From positions 32,001-96,000 of the IMG/VR virus record IMGVR_UViG_3300044691_000355: DNA of 64,000 nt; one strand, written 5' to 3'. The stretch comes from a virus. The notes under the pieces are model-generated. The model did no database searches, had not been told where the DNA came from, and saw only the letters and a program-made list of their open reading frames with translations. Shown here in pieces: positions 1 to 9,861 of this stretch. The position numbers were made by a program, and so were the translations under genes. Positions within the stretch are counted from its first letter, which is position 1. Each line of letters opens with the position of its first letter.

Positions 1-186
1 GCCGGACTTATCGGCGTGCAGCGAGTGCATACCCTTGCCGTCCGCGCCGATCAGCATCGTGTTCTTATCCCCAGCCACATCGATGGAGATGCCCTCGTCG
101 GCCACGGATGAGCCGTAACCTAAATCAACGGTGCCGGTCGGCCCCGCGAGCGAGGCGGAAACATCCTTGAAGGAATACGTGTTCAT
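1..186 (-). CDS. Tail tube protein (DUF3277-like), truncated by window edge
   Basis: Not in ORF track; manual translation MNTYSFKDVSASLAGPTGTVDLGYGSSVADEGISIDVAGDKNTMLIGADGKGMHSLHADKSG; directly follows sheath. Confidence 0.85.
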   Translation of the reverse strand, partial: MNTYSFKDVSASLAGPTGTVDLGYGSSVADEGISIDVAGDKNTMLIGADGKGMHSLHADKSG

Positions 187-201
187 ACGAAAAGACTCCG
201 G

Positions 202-1686
202 TTACTGGTTGACGTTGAGGAGGACGCTCGCCGAATGAATGGCCCCCGCGAGCTTGATGGCGGCCGTGATGACGGTCGCTTTGCGCGCGGCGCGATCCGC
301 TTGTAATTGGGCTGCGACAGGTCCCGCGAACACGTAGTACCCGGCAGAGAGGGTCTGCCCCGTGACGATCACGCCGATGGGCGGACCGGTCCACACGCCC
401 GCTGCGACCAGGCCGTTATTCACGGAGATATCGAGCACCTGAGAAACGGTGGCGACGAGGCGCGTCATGCCGGGATCGGTCTGCGGGACTTTCCCCGAGG
501 TGAAAAGCACGTTGAAAAGCGCGGTTTGAATCGCGTTTTGCAGCCAGTCGGTGCCCTGCACGACATCGAAGAAATAGCCGTTCGACATCACGCCTTGCTG
601 CAAGATCGCGGTGTTGTTGTTGTACTGAACGAAGACGTTGCAATTCTTCGCCGCGCACGTCGCCGCTTGGCTCTCGGTCAAGACTTCCGGCTGTAGCCCG
701 CCCTCCACCTTGAACTTCAAAGTGATCGCCGTGCCGATGCCGTTGAAATTCACCGTGAAGGCGATGCCGAAGACTGCGGCCACCGCGTAGGGCGATGAGG
801 AGCTGAACTGCACGAAGCTTCGGCCTTGCGCCAATTGACTCGCGACATCGGCGCTTGAGCCTGCGTTGAAGACGGTCGCATCCTGCGTCGTGACACCCAA
901 GATGTGCGAGGTGGTAAGGCCCGCGATGAGCGCGGCCACCGCAACGTAATCGGCGGTGGCGGGCATCACGGAGGCGGCGAACATCAAGCCGTACCAGGCA
1001 CCCGACAAGGCCGCGAAGAGCGCGGCGCAGGCCGCTGCGGTCTCGGCAATGATGCCCGGAGCCACGAAGCCGCCTTGGAGCGCCTGGAATCCTAAGAGCC
1101 CGCCGATATCGGGCGATGGTGCCGTGGTTGAGAAACTGACCGAGGAGGTCGCGCCCGTGGTCGCGGAGGTGAGATTGAATTGCGCGTTCGCCGAATCCCA
1201 GGTGACGATGCCCGATGCGCCCAAAGCGGTGGTCAAGATTCCGGCGACCTGGCTCAAACTGGTGGCTGCGGATAAATTGATCGCGGCCAACGGATGCACC
1301 GTGCCATCGATGGTCACATTCAAAGTTCCGGCGACCACGGCGGTGAAGAGGGAAAGCACTTGCTGCGCGGAGCCACGGACAGCGCCGATCAAGCGCCCGG
1401 CCTGCGCGGTGCGCGCCCAGAGGCCGATGTAGAGCTGCTGCGGCTGCGGGGTCTGGCCAAAGAATAAAGAGGCGGCGAGATATTCAGGCGCTGTGGTGCC
1501 GAAGTCGGAGGCCACACCCGCAAGCCCTGAGTAGGAGCGCATGCGCGAGACCGAGTCGATCACGGGCGAGTCGCCCAAGATCAGAAGACTCCCGAAGTTT
1601 CGCTGCTGGGCAGCGGTCGGTGCCAGCGAGACATTGACACTGACAACGTCATTGACCGACAAACCGGTATTGAGAATGCTGCTCAT
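202..1686 (-). CDS. Tail sheath protein (DUF3383 family)
   Basis: VNVSLAPTAAQQRNFGSLLILG N-terminus, TLKFK, GTDWLQN, KVPQTD, KLAGAIH C-terminus; start set at MSSILN after GGAG. Confidence 0.88.
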   Translation of the reverse strand: MSSILNTGLSVNDVVSVNVSLAPTAAQQRNFGSLLILGDSPVIDSVSRMRSYSGLAGVASDFGTTAPEYLAASLFFGQTPQPQQLYIGLWARTAQAGRLIGAVRGSAQQVLSLFTAVVAGTLNVTIDGTVHPLAAINLSAATSLSQVAGILTTALGASGIVTWDSANAQFNLTSATTGATSSVSFSTTAPSPDIGGLLGFQALQGGFVAPGIIAETAAACAALFAALSGAWYGLMFAASVMPATADYVAVAALIAGLTTSHILGVTTQDATVFNAGSSADVASQLAQGRSFVQFSSSSPYAVAAVFGIAFTVNFNGIGTAITLKFKVEGGLQPEVLTESQAATCAAKNCNVFVQYNNNTAILQQGVMSNGYFFDVVQGTDWLQNAIQTALFNVLFTSGKVPQTDPGMTRLVATVSQVLDISVNNGLVAAGVWTGPPIGVIVTGQTLSAGYYVFAGPVAAQLQADRAARKATVITAAIKLAGAIHSASVLLNVNQ

Positions 1687-1706
1687 CGTGAGTAACTCCA
1701 AAAGAT

Positions 1707-2288
1707 TTAAGGCGTGGTGAAAGTCTCGGTAACCGTCGGCGCATCGCGCTCCAAGGTGACGGTGCTCGAAGCGAATGAAGTGATCGGGTAGGTGCGAGTC
1801 ACTTTGCGGCGCAGGTGCAGCGTCATATCGCGCCGCTTGATCCAGGTTTGATTGATCAGCTCATTGCCCGCGACAATCGGACCGGTCTCGATCAGGCCCA
1901 TCGCCAGCGTGATCAACGGTTCCAAGTTCTGCGGGACGGAGAGCCCATCGCGCGCAATCGCGGCGAAGGTTTTGGCGAGCGGGCCGTAGAAGCTCGCGAG
2001 CGCGAGGATGTCTTCGTGGCGCGTGAGAACGCCCACGTCGTTCACCGGATCGTAAGTGATCGACGGCCCATCATCGGGCGTGTCGGCGGTCACGCCGATG
2101 GCGCACCAATTGATATTCGCTTCGGGGCGCTTTTGCGGAATCGGCTGCCAGCGCGGGCGCACGAATTTCCCATCGAGCCCCGTCACGCCGACGATCAATG
2201 ATTGCAGCGCCGTGTCGAGCGCATCATCGTCAACTGGATAGGGCGTGGCGGGCGCAAGCGGCCCGCCCGTCGAGGATGTGTTGGGCAT
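1707..2288 (-). CDS. Tail terminator / neck protein
   Basis: VRPRWQP and NWCAIGV motifs; position just before sheath. Confidence 0.7.
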   Translation of the reverse strand: MPNTSSTGGPLAPATPYPVDDDALDTALQSLIVGVTGLDGKFVRPRWQPIPQKRPEANINWCAIGVTADTPDDGPSITYDPVNDVGVLTRHEDILALASFYGPLAKTFAAIARDGLSVPQNLEPLITLAMGLIETGPIVAGNELINQTWIKRRDMTLHLRRKVTRTYPITSFASSTVTLERDAPTVTETFTTP

Positions 2289-2660
2289 TTAGCCCGCCAA
2301 CTGTTGAAGTTCGGCGGTCGCCTGACAGAAGCCTGAGCCGTAGCGCGAATAGTCATCGATTTGCGTGACGGTGTAGGAGTTGCCGTTCCACACGACGACA
2401 TCGGCCGAGAGCGCGGTGTTGCCCGTGTAGAGCAAGAAACGCGTCACGATGCTGATCGTGCCTTGGTTGTATTCGCCATCGGGTTTGCGCAGCAGCTCCT
2501 GGCCGCTCATTGCCGTGACGACGCCGGAGAATGGGATCGGCACTGGCACTGAAATCGCGCGCCCGTCCTCGCCCATGGTCTGCGGATTGCGCATGCAGAT
2601 GAGCGAATCGTCCGCAAAGTCAGGATCATCGAGCACATCGGAGACATCGAGCAGCGGCAT
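2289..2660 (-). CDS. Head-tail adaptor / closure protein
   Basis: MPLLDVSDVLDDPDFAD start, YSRYGSGF motif; synteny. Confidence 0.72.
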   Translation of the reverse strand: MPLLDVSDVLDDPDFADDSLICMRNPQTMGEDGRAISVPVPIPFSGVVTAMSGQELLRKPDGEYNQGTISIVTRFLLYTGNTALSADVVVWNGNSYTVTQIDDYSRYGSGFCQATAELQQLAG

Positions 2661-3233
2661 TTACAGCTTGCCCACGTTCACTGATGAGGTGATCGCATCG
2701 CGCAACTCGCCGGAATTGATCAGCGGCTGAATACCCGCCATCGCCTGCGCTTCCGATGGCGGCGTGCCGCCCGCCACGAGGCTTAGATACTTGATCTCAT
2801 CGCGGCTGCGCGCCTCGCCGCGCGCGCGAGCGCGTCCCGCAATCGTCGCGGGTTGCAACGGCGCGTAAGCGGCGCTCGACATCTCGGTCTTGACACTCGC
2901 GACGCCAATGGCCCCGGCCCGCGTCAACGCGGCCAAGGCTTCGGGGCGCAGCCCGTTCAACATGGCCTTGGTGGCGCGCTCCACCTGCGGCAACATTTTT
3001 GGGATGGCTTTTTCCGTGCCGGGAACCAAAAAGGGACGCGCGGGAATGTTGTGTGCGGGGCTGCCTGTTTCCATGACGTAGCCGATCATGGCGTTGTGAA
3101 TTTCATCGCCGCTTAAGGTCGTGCGCTCGGAATTCTCAGGGATGCCGATGATCAGCGATGTACTGACAAGCGCGTGCAGACTCTTTAAAACCCCATCCTC
3201 TTCATCGATTTCGATCTCAACCCGTGAAGCCAA
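2661..3233 (-). CDS. Neck / tail completion protein
   Basis: GSPAHNIPARPFL and PLINSGELRDAIT motifs; TTG start inferred from upstream GAAGGA. Confidence 0.7.
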   Translation of the reverse strand: MASRVEIEIDEEDGVLKSLHALVSTSLIIGIPENSERTTLSGDEIHNAMIGYVMETGSPAHNIPARPFLVPGTEKAIPKMLPQVERATKAMLNGLRPEALAALTRAGAIGVASVKTEMSSAAYAPLQPATIAGRARARGEARSRDEIKYLSLVAGGTPPSEAQAMAGIQPLINSGELRDAITSSVNVGKL

Positions 3234-3663
3234 AGGGGAATCCTTCAGGACCTGGAAAACTTCGCGCGTCCACTTGCATGCCGCCCGCGCCCACCTGGCC
3301 CATGAGCTGATACAGCTCGATGCCGTAGCGGGTGAGATTCCATTGCCCGGCACCCTGCATGAGTATCGAGTTCACATCGTAGGAGACGGACACCTTATCC
3401 ACGCTCTTGGAGGTGGCGAGGCCGCTCACCAACCCCGGCGCGACGTTGCCCTTGCCCCGACTCGCCGCTATCGCTTCCTTGCGTGCCAAGGACATGAAAT
3501 GCGCGACGAACAGCGACACGCCGTAATCGAGCAGCGAGTCCCAGCGCTGCGCATCCAGGCGCAGCAGCGCGAGGGCGGAATACGCATTGATCGCAATGTC
3601 GGGGTACGCGCCCAGATCAGTGAACTCCGGGAACATCGCGCGGAAGGTGGCGTTTGCGAACAC
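3217..3663 (-). CDS. Head-tail connector (DUF4054 family)
   Basis: FRAMFPEF, SKSVDKVSVSYD, WNLTRYG motifs. Confidence 0.85.
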   Translation of the reverse strand: MFANATFRAMFPEFTDLGAYPDIAINAYSALALLRLDAQRWDSLLDYGVSLFVAHFMSLARKEAIAASRGKGNVAPGLVSGLATSKSVDKVSVSYDVNSILMQGAGQWNLTRYGIELYQLMGQVGAGGMQVDARSFPGPEGFPFGFTG

Positions 3664-4086
3664 TTACGCGCTCACGGACCGACCGCTTTTCTTTCCCTTC
3701 GCGCTTCCCACCTGTCGCGCACGCAAGATAGCAATCGGCGTATTCAATTCCTCTTCCGTGGCCTTGGAGGCTGCCACGCGCGGCGGCAACGTGCGCTCCA
3801 TGCGCTCGAAGTTCGCCTGCGCCTGCGCCTTCGCATTGATCGCATCGATGTTGGCCTGTTTGCGCTTCGCATCCGCGATTTTCTTGCGCGCCTTCGCCGC
3901 CGCTTCACTTTCAATGCAGCCATCGGCGAGATTTGGGGGAGCCATCCATGGATGCGCGGCGATTTCCTTGCTGATCTCGTGCTCGCCGACTGGGAAGATT
4001 TTCTCCATGGGGAGGGGCTGTCCCTTTTCACGGTTCGCGGGAACCGTGAAACGGAACGCTCTCAAGACATTGATCTTGATGCCCAT
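3664..4086 (-). CDS. Phage protein downstream of capsid gene
   Basis: GEHEISKEIAAHPW motif; tight packing in operon. Confidence 0.6.
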   Translation of the reverse strand: MGIKINVLRAFRFTVPANREKGQPLPMEKIFPVGEHEISKEIAAHPWMAPPNLADGCIESEAAAKARKKIADAKRKQANIDAINAKAQAQANFERMERTLPPRVAASKATEEELNTPIAILRARQVGSAKGKKSGRSVSA

Positions 4087-4091
4087 GGGCG

Positions 4092-4481
4092 TTACTTCCC
4101 GGCCGGAGCGGGCTTCTCTGCCGCCCTGGCGTCCCGATCTGCCTTGGCTTTGGCTTGCTCGGCTCGGGTAGCTGCGACCCTGGCCTGCGCGTCGGCAGCC
4201 GCCTTATCGATGGCCTCCTGATCGGTGCGGGCCTGCTTCTGATCCTCCGTTTCGATGGACCCGTCCGCGCCGTCCATGATCCACGGATGCTCGATCATCT
4301 CAGGCGTGGTCTCGTGCTCGCGAGCCTCGCCATTCGGGCCGACGCCAAACTCTTTGGCGTACCCCGGCGTCGCGTGCTGCGTGATCTTGTTCGTCGCTGG
4401 GTCCCTGATCGCCGCCGTGCCCGCATGGGAGAACGTGAAAGGCTTCACCACGACAATCGTCTTGCCTACTTTGCTGGTCAT
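4092..4481 (-). CDS. Phage protein, probable paralogue of 3664-4086
   Basis: REHETTPEMIEHPW motif; RBS GGAGA. Confidence 0.6.
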   Translation of the reverse strand: MTSKVGKTIVVVKPFTFSHAGTAAIRDPATNKITQHATPGYAKEFGVGPNGEAREHETTPEMIEHPWIMDGADGSIETEDQKQARTDQEAIDKAAADAQARVAATRAEQAKAKADRDARAAEKPAPAGK

Positions 4482-4565
4482 GAAAATCTCTCCGATTCAA
4501 AAAGTTGAAGACCGCCCCCACGAAATGCACGAATTGCCGTTCGTGCCTCATCGTGGAATTAGTGC

Positions 4566-5660
4566 TTACAGGTTGGAGCGACGAGCGCACACCTCGGGGT
4601 ACACCATCTCGACGCCGCCGATGCGACCGAAGTAGGTCGTGATCTGGCGGATGTCGCGGTACTCAATCGGTGTGCGCTGGAGCGGCACCAACGGCAGACG
4701 CACGCGCGTCGGGTCCTTGATGTAGGCGAACATCGAATTGGTCGCGATGCCGAGCGGGTTGGTCGGCTGCGTCGCGGTGCCCAGGAGCCACTTGCACGGC
4801 AGAATCTGGAACGGCGTTGTGGTCTGACCGACGGCAACGTTATTTTCCAGCAAGTACGTCAGGATCGACTGGCTGCCCGCTGTTGAAATCAGCGTCGAGC
4901 GCAAAATCGAATAGGACACCGGATCAATCAGCAGCCGGTCTGGCATCGCTGCGTAACCGCTCGCGGCCCATGCGCTGTTCAAGATCGCATTGACATCGGC
5001 GAGAATCAGCGCGGCGGTCGCGGACGCCCAGCCGCCCGTCACGGCATTGCCCGTGTTGGTCAAAGCGGCGTGATTCAGAAGACCGTTCATCCTCATGATC
5101 ACATCGCCCGTGTAGGCCTCTTCGTCCAAGTCCATGTTGTACTTGAGCATCATGGCGTCGAACTTCTGCTGATCGATGGGGCGGCCCAACTGCTGCGCGG
5201 AAATCAGTTCCGGCAACGTCCAGGTCAACTGCACCATCCACAGCGGCAACGCAGAAATCTGCTTACCGATGTCCAGCGACACGCCGACAATCGCATTCGC
5301 CTCCTTGCTCGCCCAGGCCTTATTCGAGCCCGCGATTCCCTGCCCGGACGCGAATGAGCTGTTCGTAAAGCTCGATTCCTCATCCCCCATCGTCACGTCT
5401 TCGCGAAGATCGATATCGCGCGCCCACGTGTAGGCGACCAGCGGCATGTGCAGCCGGGGGTCCAAGCGCTCCAGCTCGCTGAGCAAAAACACGCCCGCTG
5501 AATCAATGGTGTTGCGGTCGTAGGTTTGGAATGCATCGCGCGTGCGCGCATGCACACGATGGGTCAGCCGCGTATCAACGCCATGAACGACGTTTAATCC
5601 GTGGCCGTTCGCGCGGGCATTCGCCAGCGCCGTTTTTACGGACTGATTGAGACTTAGCAT
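4566..5660 (-). CDS. Major capsid protein (DUF2184 family)
   Basis: SAGVFLLSELERLDPRLHMPL, TWARDIDLREDV, GRPIDQQK, GGVEMVYPE motifs. Confidence 0.9.
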   Translation of the reverse strand: MLSLNQSVKTALANARANGHGLNVVHGVDTRLTHRVHARTRDAFQTYDRNTIDSAGVFLLSELERLDPRLHMPLVAYTWARDIDLREDVTMGDEESSFTNSSFASGQGIAGSNKAWASKEANAIVGVSLDIGKQISALPLWMVQLTWTLPELISAQQLGRPIDQQKFDAMMLKYNMDLDEEAYTGDVIMRMNGLLNHAALTNTGNAVTGGWASATAALILADVNAILNSAWAASGYAAMPDRLLIDPVSYSILRSTLISTAGSQSILTYLLENNVAVGQTTTPFQILPCKWLLGTATQPTNPLGIATNSMFAYIKDPTRVRLPLVPLQRTPIEYRDIRQITTYFGRIGGVEMVYPEVCARRSNL

Positions 5661-5727
5661 TGATGTTGCTCCGATGAAGGGAATGAAGAAACCAAAAAAG
5701 CGGCGCGGCGATGCAGCGCTGAGGCTT

Positions 5728-6225
5728 TTAGATGTTGAAGCGAATTTCCGCGTTGCCGCTCGGGTCGGAGGGCGTCATGAAGAACGCGTTGATGCCGATG
5801 TTGGTGCCCGAGATGAAAGCCGCCTCGATGCCGCCCAAGACCGCTGCGCCCGCCGCATTCGCGTAGCGCATGAACGCTTGACCGCCCTGCGCTGCGACGC
5901 CCGCCTGGCAGAACACATTCATGTAGCCGCGTACCATCACGTCGGCTTGTCGGCCCGCCGTGCACTTCGGCACCCCTGTGCCCAAAGGATCGGAGGCATT
6001 CAGGCCGGTGGTCGGATAGGGGCGCGCCAGGAAGCCATAGGCTGCGACATCGCCAACGACGGTCAGGGGAACGAACAGGCCGCCGACCATCTTGCCGGGA
6101 AAGCCAAAGGCGGAGAACGGCGTTGCTGGATTGAAGGCTTGCGGTTCCACCGTCGCGCCAGCCGCGTTGCGCGAGATGTCTCCAGGCACGCCGAAGTTCA
6201 TACGATACAAAATTGCGTTAGACAT
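5728..6225 (-). CDS. Capsid cement / decoration protein
   Basis: YRMNFGVPGDISR, VMVRGYMNV, EIRFNI; between protease and capsid. Confidence 0.8.
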   Translation of the reverse strand: MSNAILYRMNFGVPGDISRNAAGATVEPQAFNPATPFSAFGFPGKMVGGLFVPLTVVGDVAAYGFLARPYPTTGLNASDPLGTGVPKCTAGRQADVMVRGYMNVFCQAGVAAQGGQAFMRYANAAGAAVLGGIEAAFISGTNIGINAFFMTPSDPSGNAEIRFNI

Positions 6226-6304
6226 GAGTGTTCCTCAAATTGAATTGCTTAAGTGATCGATCCTGATTGCGAGCGCTTAAGCTCGCTCGAAAAGAGACGT
6301 GCGG

Positions 6305-7942
6305 TTAAACGCCGCCGCTGCGCGAGGCCCAGAATTTGCGATTGGTTTCATTCAAGGATGCGGTGGTGACCGCCTTGCCGAAATCCTTGACGGTGAGCTT
6401 GACGTTTGCGCCCGCCTTGTTATTGCGCTCGCGCATCAGCTCGGCGGCTCCAGTGAAGACGCCTGCAACGTTGTCGAGCGTCACTGCATCGATCTTCTCG
6501 CCAAGCAAGAAGGGCTCGATCACCGCTTTGCCGTCGTCGGTCGCATAGGCTGTCTGCACGGCTTTGAGCATCAGGGCTGGCAGCGCATCCTTGGCCTGCG
6601 CACTGTCGCCCGTCGGCACCGCGATACCGGGGCTCAAGATTTCCGCACGCGCGAAAATGTGCTTGGACACTTGCGCCGCATCGGAGGTGCCGAGCACGCC
6701 GACATTGCGGGTACGCGCGGCTTCAAGCGCGGCTGCGGAATCGGTGGCGGCCTTCGCGGCAACGGCGTCCTCGGCTGCCTTTTTCTTCATCGCACAGTCG
6801 GCCGCTTCCTGTTCTTCCTCGGCATCCTTCACCGCCTGGCGCTGCTCATCGACCCACGCGAGCGCGTCCTGGATGCGCTTATCCATGGCTGAGTCTGTCG
6901 TCCCGCCATCGTTGCCGCCCGTGTCATCATCGGCGAGTTCTTTATCGAGTGTTTCCGCGTCGCGCGCATTGAACGCCTGCATGACACGGATGAATTTATC
7001 GGCAAATTTCGATTTCATGATTGAACGGTCTCCTAACGGTTTATAAATGCGCGATTTCGCCGCGCTGCTGGGTCTGCTCGGTTTCGACTTGCGTTGCAGC
7101 GCTCGATAGGCCGCCATGTGCTCTTTGCTCTTCGCCGTGTGTACGGCGAAGGACTTCTGATTGCCTGCCGCATGCGCGGCGGTTGCGGCTTCGAGGTGCA
7201 GGCCAAGGGCATGCCAATGGGCTTCCTCATCGCCACTCGTTTGCGCCGCTGCACTCGCCGCATGCGCGGCGGCTGAGCGCAGGCTGGTGCCACCGCCGCC
7301 ACCACTCCAGCGCCCGGTCGCATCGCGCTTCTCGGTGGGGTTGAACTGATCCCACACGGAATCCTTGATGGCGCAGCGCGAGCCTGCGCGCCCGCGCCCG
7401 TCGAGTAGCGCCACGTGATTGCCGATGATGTTGTACTGCGTCGCGCGCCCCACGTCGGTCTGCTCATATTCCGCGTCATAGCCGCAGGAAAGTTCCGGGT
7501 GCTTGCGATTCACGAAGGCAATCGCCTCACCGTCGGTGATGATCAGATCGCCCACGAGCGTGTCATCTTCGATGCCGCTGCCACGGCGCACGTTGTGCAC
7601 GGTGCCCACGGAATGTTTCTTCCAACTGCCGGGGGTCACGAATTCGTTCGGATGCTCCAAGGTGACCGGCTTGCCCTCGAAGCTCGACATCGTCTTGTCG
7701 CTGAAAACCTCATCCGCGAGGCGCGTGACGATGATCTCGCCCGCGCCATTGGCATCCAAGGGCAGCTCGGATTTGTGGTAGCGCTGCTCGCCCGTGCGCG
7801 CAATCGCCACCCCCTCGCACACCATGTACCCTTCAGGCGTAAGCCTGCGGCTCTTGCCCACCGCGCCTGGCGCATAGAAAGCGGTTTTGTCGATGACCCC
7901 GACACGGTCGAACACATTGAAGCGCTCGCGCACTTTCTTCAT
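6305..7942 (-). CDS. Prohead protease/scaffold (DUF2213 family) with tagged His/Ala-rich insertion
   Basis: TPEGY, IARTG, SFEGKPVT, ELSCGYDAEY, GNHVALL, GRAGSRCAIKD motifs; ATGA overlap with upstream gene. Confidence 0.88.
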   Translation of the reverse strand: MKKVRERFNVFDRVGVIDKTAFYAPGAVGKSRRLTPEGYMVCEGVAIARTGEQRYHKSELPLDANGAGEIIVTRLADEVFSDKTMSSFEGKPVTLEHPNEFVTPGSWKKHSVGTVHNVRRGSGIEDDTLVGDLIITDGEAIAFVNRKHPELSCGYDAEYEQTDVGRATQYNIIGNHVALLDGRGRAGSRCAIKDSVWDQFNPTEKRDATGRWSGGGGGTSLRSAAAHAASAAAQTSGDEEAHWHALGLHLEAATAAHAAGNQKSFAVHTAKSKEHMAAYRALQRKSKPSRPSSAAKSRIYKPLGDRSIMKSKFADKFIRVMQAFNARDAETLDKELADDDTGGNDGGTTDSAMDKRIQDALAWVDEQRQAVKDAEEEQEAADCAMKKKAAEDAVAAKAATDSAAALEAARTRNVGVLGTSDAAQVSKHIFARAEILSPGIAVPTGDSAQAKDALPALMLKAVQTAYATDDGKAVIEPFLLGEKIDAVTLDNVAGVFTGAAELMRERNNKAGANVKLTVKDFGKAVTTASLNETNRKFWASRSGGV

Positions 7943-8268
7943 GTGTTCGCAATCGAGGGATAGGTGCGCACTGGCAGGATGCCCGACCAGTCCAAGATTT
8001 TTTCTGGGTTGCTCGTGGCGCACGACACGCCGATGGCGTAGTCGTTGTAATCCACGCCAGCCGATACCGGCAGCAGCACTTGTGTGCTGGTGGAGCCGAG
8101 CACGGCGGTGCCCAAGATCAAGCCAGCCCCGTTGGTGTCGGTGCCCCAGATATGATTGAGAACGACCGTCGGCGCGCCGGTCAGGGTTTCCCCAACCAGC
8201 AGCCCCAATGCAAAGTTGAACACCAGTTCAACCGCTTCCAGGGGTGCTTTTTCACTGAATCGCTGCAT
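7939..8268 (-). CDS. Putative fibre adaptor protein
   Basis: FSEKAPLE..FNF start and small beta-rich fold typical of fibre adaptors; follows repeat protein. Confidence 0.5.
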   Translation of the reverse strand: MQRFSEKAPLEAVELVFNFALGLLVGETLTGAPTVVLNHIWGTDTNGAGLILGTAVLGSTSTQVLLPVSAGVDYNDYAIGVSCATSNPEKILDWSGILPVRTYPSIANT

Positions 8269-8282
8269 GTCTTAATTCCTTT

Positions 8283-9860
8283 TCAAGGTGATCGCGTCCA
8301 CGTGACTTCACGCGCGGGCGCGCTCATCGCGGCTTCGGCGGGGGGCACGTAGGAGACGGTGAAATTTCGCGCACCGAGCTGTGCCTGCGCCGCCGCCTCA
8401 TACGAAGCGGTGAAATTTCGCGCAGGGATATCGATGACGAAGGGGCCTGGCCCTTGGCTGGTCGCGGTGGTCGATAAGATCGAATGCAGCGTGTCGGGCG
8501 CTTCATGCGCGCCCAAGGCCGCAGCCACGCTCAAGAGACTCTGCGCAATCAGCGCATCCGCCCCTTCCACCACAATCGCATTGGCGGCTTCGAGCAACTG
8601 CGCGAAACTCGTAATCGTATCCGGCGCTTCCGTGCGGGTAAGACTCGCGCCCACGGTGAGCGAGAGCGCGGCGGCGAGCGCATCAGGGCCTTCCGTTTTT
8701 GTCAGCAGCGCCGTGATCGGCACCGCACCTGAAACGGCGATGAGCGTATCTGCGCCTTCGAGAATCGCAGCGTTGATCACTTCGGGCAGCGTTGCCGCAG
8801 CACTGAGTGTGTCGCCGCCTTCGGTCTTCGCGAGGCTGATCGCTTCAGGCAGCGTGGCGGCGGCGCTGATCGTATCGGGCGCTTCGGTGATCGATGCATT
8901 GATCGGCGTGCCGCTCAGACTCGCCGCTGCGCTGATCGTATCGGCGGCCTCGGTCAAGGCCGCATTCAAACTTTCAGGCAGCGTGGCCGCCGCCGCAATC
9001 GAATCAGCACCTTCGGTCAGCGCGCAAGCAATCGCTTCGGGCAGCGTTGCGGCTGCGCTCGACGTGTCGGCCCCTTCGGTCACGCTTAAAGACGCAACCG
9101 ACACGGGCGCGCCTGCCGTTGCGCTTAAGGTATCTGCGCCCTCCGTCACCCCGGCGTTGAGAACCTCGGGCAACGTGACAGCGGATGCGAGCGTGTCCGC
9201 ACCTTCCGTATCGGTGAGCGCCATCGCTTCCGGCAGCGTGGCACTCGCTGCAATCGTGTCCGCACCTTCCGTTCTGCTCAGCGCTACCGCAACCGGCAGC
9301 GTGGCACTTGATGCAACAGTGTCAGCGCCCTCGGTGTCGGTGAGCGTGACGGCAGCGGGCAGCATCACCGCCGCACTCAAGGTGTCGCCGCCCTCGACTA
9401 TCGATGCGCTTACCACCTCGGGCAGCGTCGCGGTCGAGCTGCTGGTGTCTGCGCCTTCCGTCTTTGACAGGCTCACCGCAACCGGCAAGGTCGCGGCGGC
9501 ACTGATTGTGTCGGCACCCTCCGTGACGCCTGCGCTTGCGCCCGCTGGCGCTATTGCGGCTGCGGCAATCGTGTCCGCACCTTCGACAAGAGCGGCGGCA
9601 GCACCGGCTGGCGCGCTCGCGGCCGAACTGATCGAATCAGCACCTTCGGTGATGCTCGCGCTGATCGCTTCGGGGAGCGTCGCCCCCGCGCTTAAGGCAT
9701 CTGCGCCTTCAGTCTTCGCCAAGTTAACCGCAACCGGCAGCGTCGCAGCGGCGCTTGAAGTGTCCGCGCCTTCGGTGGCGGCAAGGGCCGCATTCGTGCC
9801 GCCCGATACGGCAGGCAAGTCCCAGTCGAACCACTTTTGAATGAGAAGATCGAGGCTCAC
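8283..9860 (-). CDS. Ala/Thr-rich protein with 21 copies of a ~21-aa repeat; putative fibre spine
   Basis: Repeat TEGADTxSAAATLPxAxxxxx counted 21 times; three ARNFT/AREVT repeats at C-terminus. Confidence 0.75.
   Translation of the reverse strand: MSLDLLIQKWFDWDLPAVSGGTNAALAATEGADTSSAAATLPVAVNLAKTEGADALSAGATLPEAISASITEGADSISSAASAPAGAAAALVEGADTIAAAAIAPAGASAGVTEGADTISAAATLPVAVSLSKTEGADTSSSTATLPEVVSASIVEGGDTLSAAVMLPAAVTLTDTEGADTVASSATLPVAVALSRTEGADTIAASATLPEAMALTDTEGADTLASAVTLPEVLNAGVTEGADTLSATAGAPVSVASLSVTEGADTSSAAATLPEAIACALTEGADSIAAAATLPESLNAALTEAADTISAAASLSGTPINASITEAPDTISAAATLPEAISLAKTEGGDTLSAAATLPEVINAAILEGADTLIAVSGAVPITALLTKTEGPDALAAALSLTVGASLTRTEAPDTITSFAQLLEAANAIVVEGADALIAQSLLSVAAALGAHEAPDTLHSILSTTATSQGPGPFVIDIPARNFTASYEAAAQAQLGARNFTVSYVPPAEAAMSAPAREVTWTRSP
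8490..9780 (-). repeat. Degenerate ~63-bp coding tandem repeat
   Basis: Recurrent gtgtccgcrccttcggt / ggcagcgt units at ~63-bp spacing. Confidence 0.85.
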
Positions 9861-9861
9861 G

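Noticed and set aside
3664-4481. Tandem HPW-motif paralogues after the capsid gene as a novel system
   Set aside because: Small genes of this kind are usual at this position; duplication alone is weak evidence.
8490-9780. CRISPR array
   Set aside because: Repeats are degenerate, in frame and conserved at protein level, with no unique spacers and no cas genes.
8359-9840. 493-aa plus-strand ORF
   Set aside because: Antisense shadow of the repeat gene; most other long overlapping ORFs in the track were rejected likewise.
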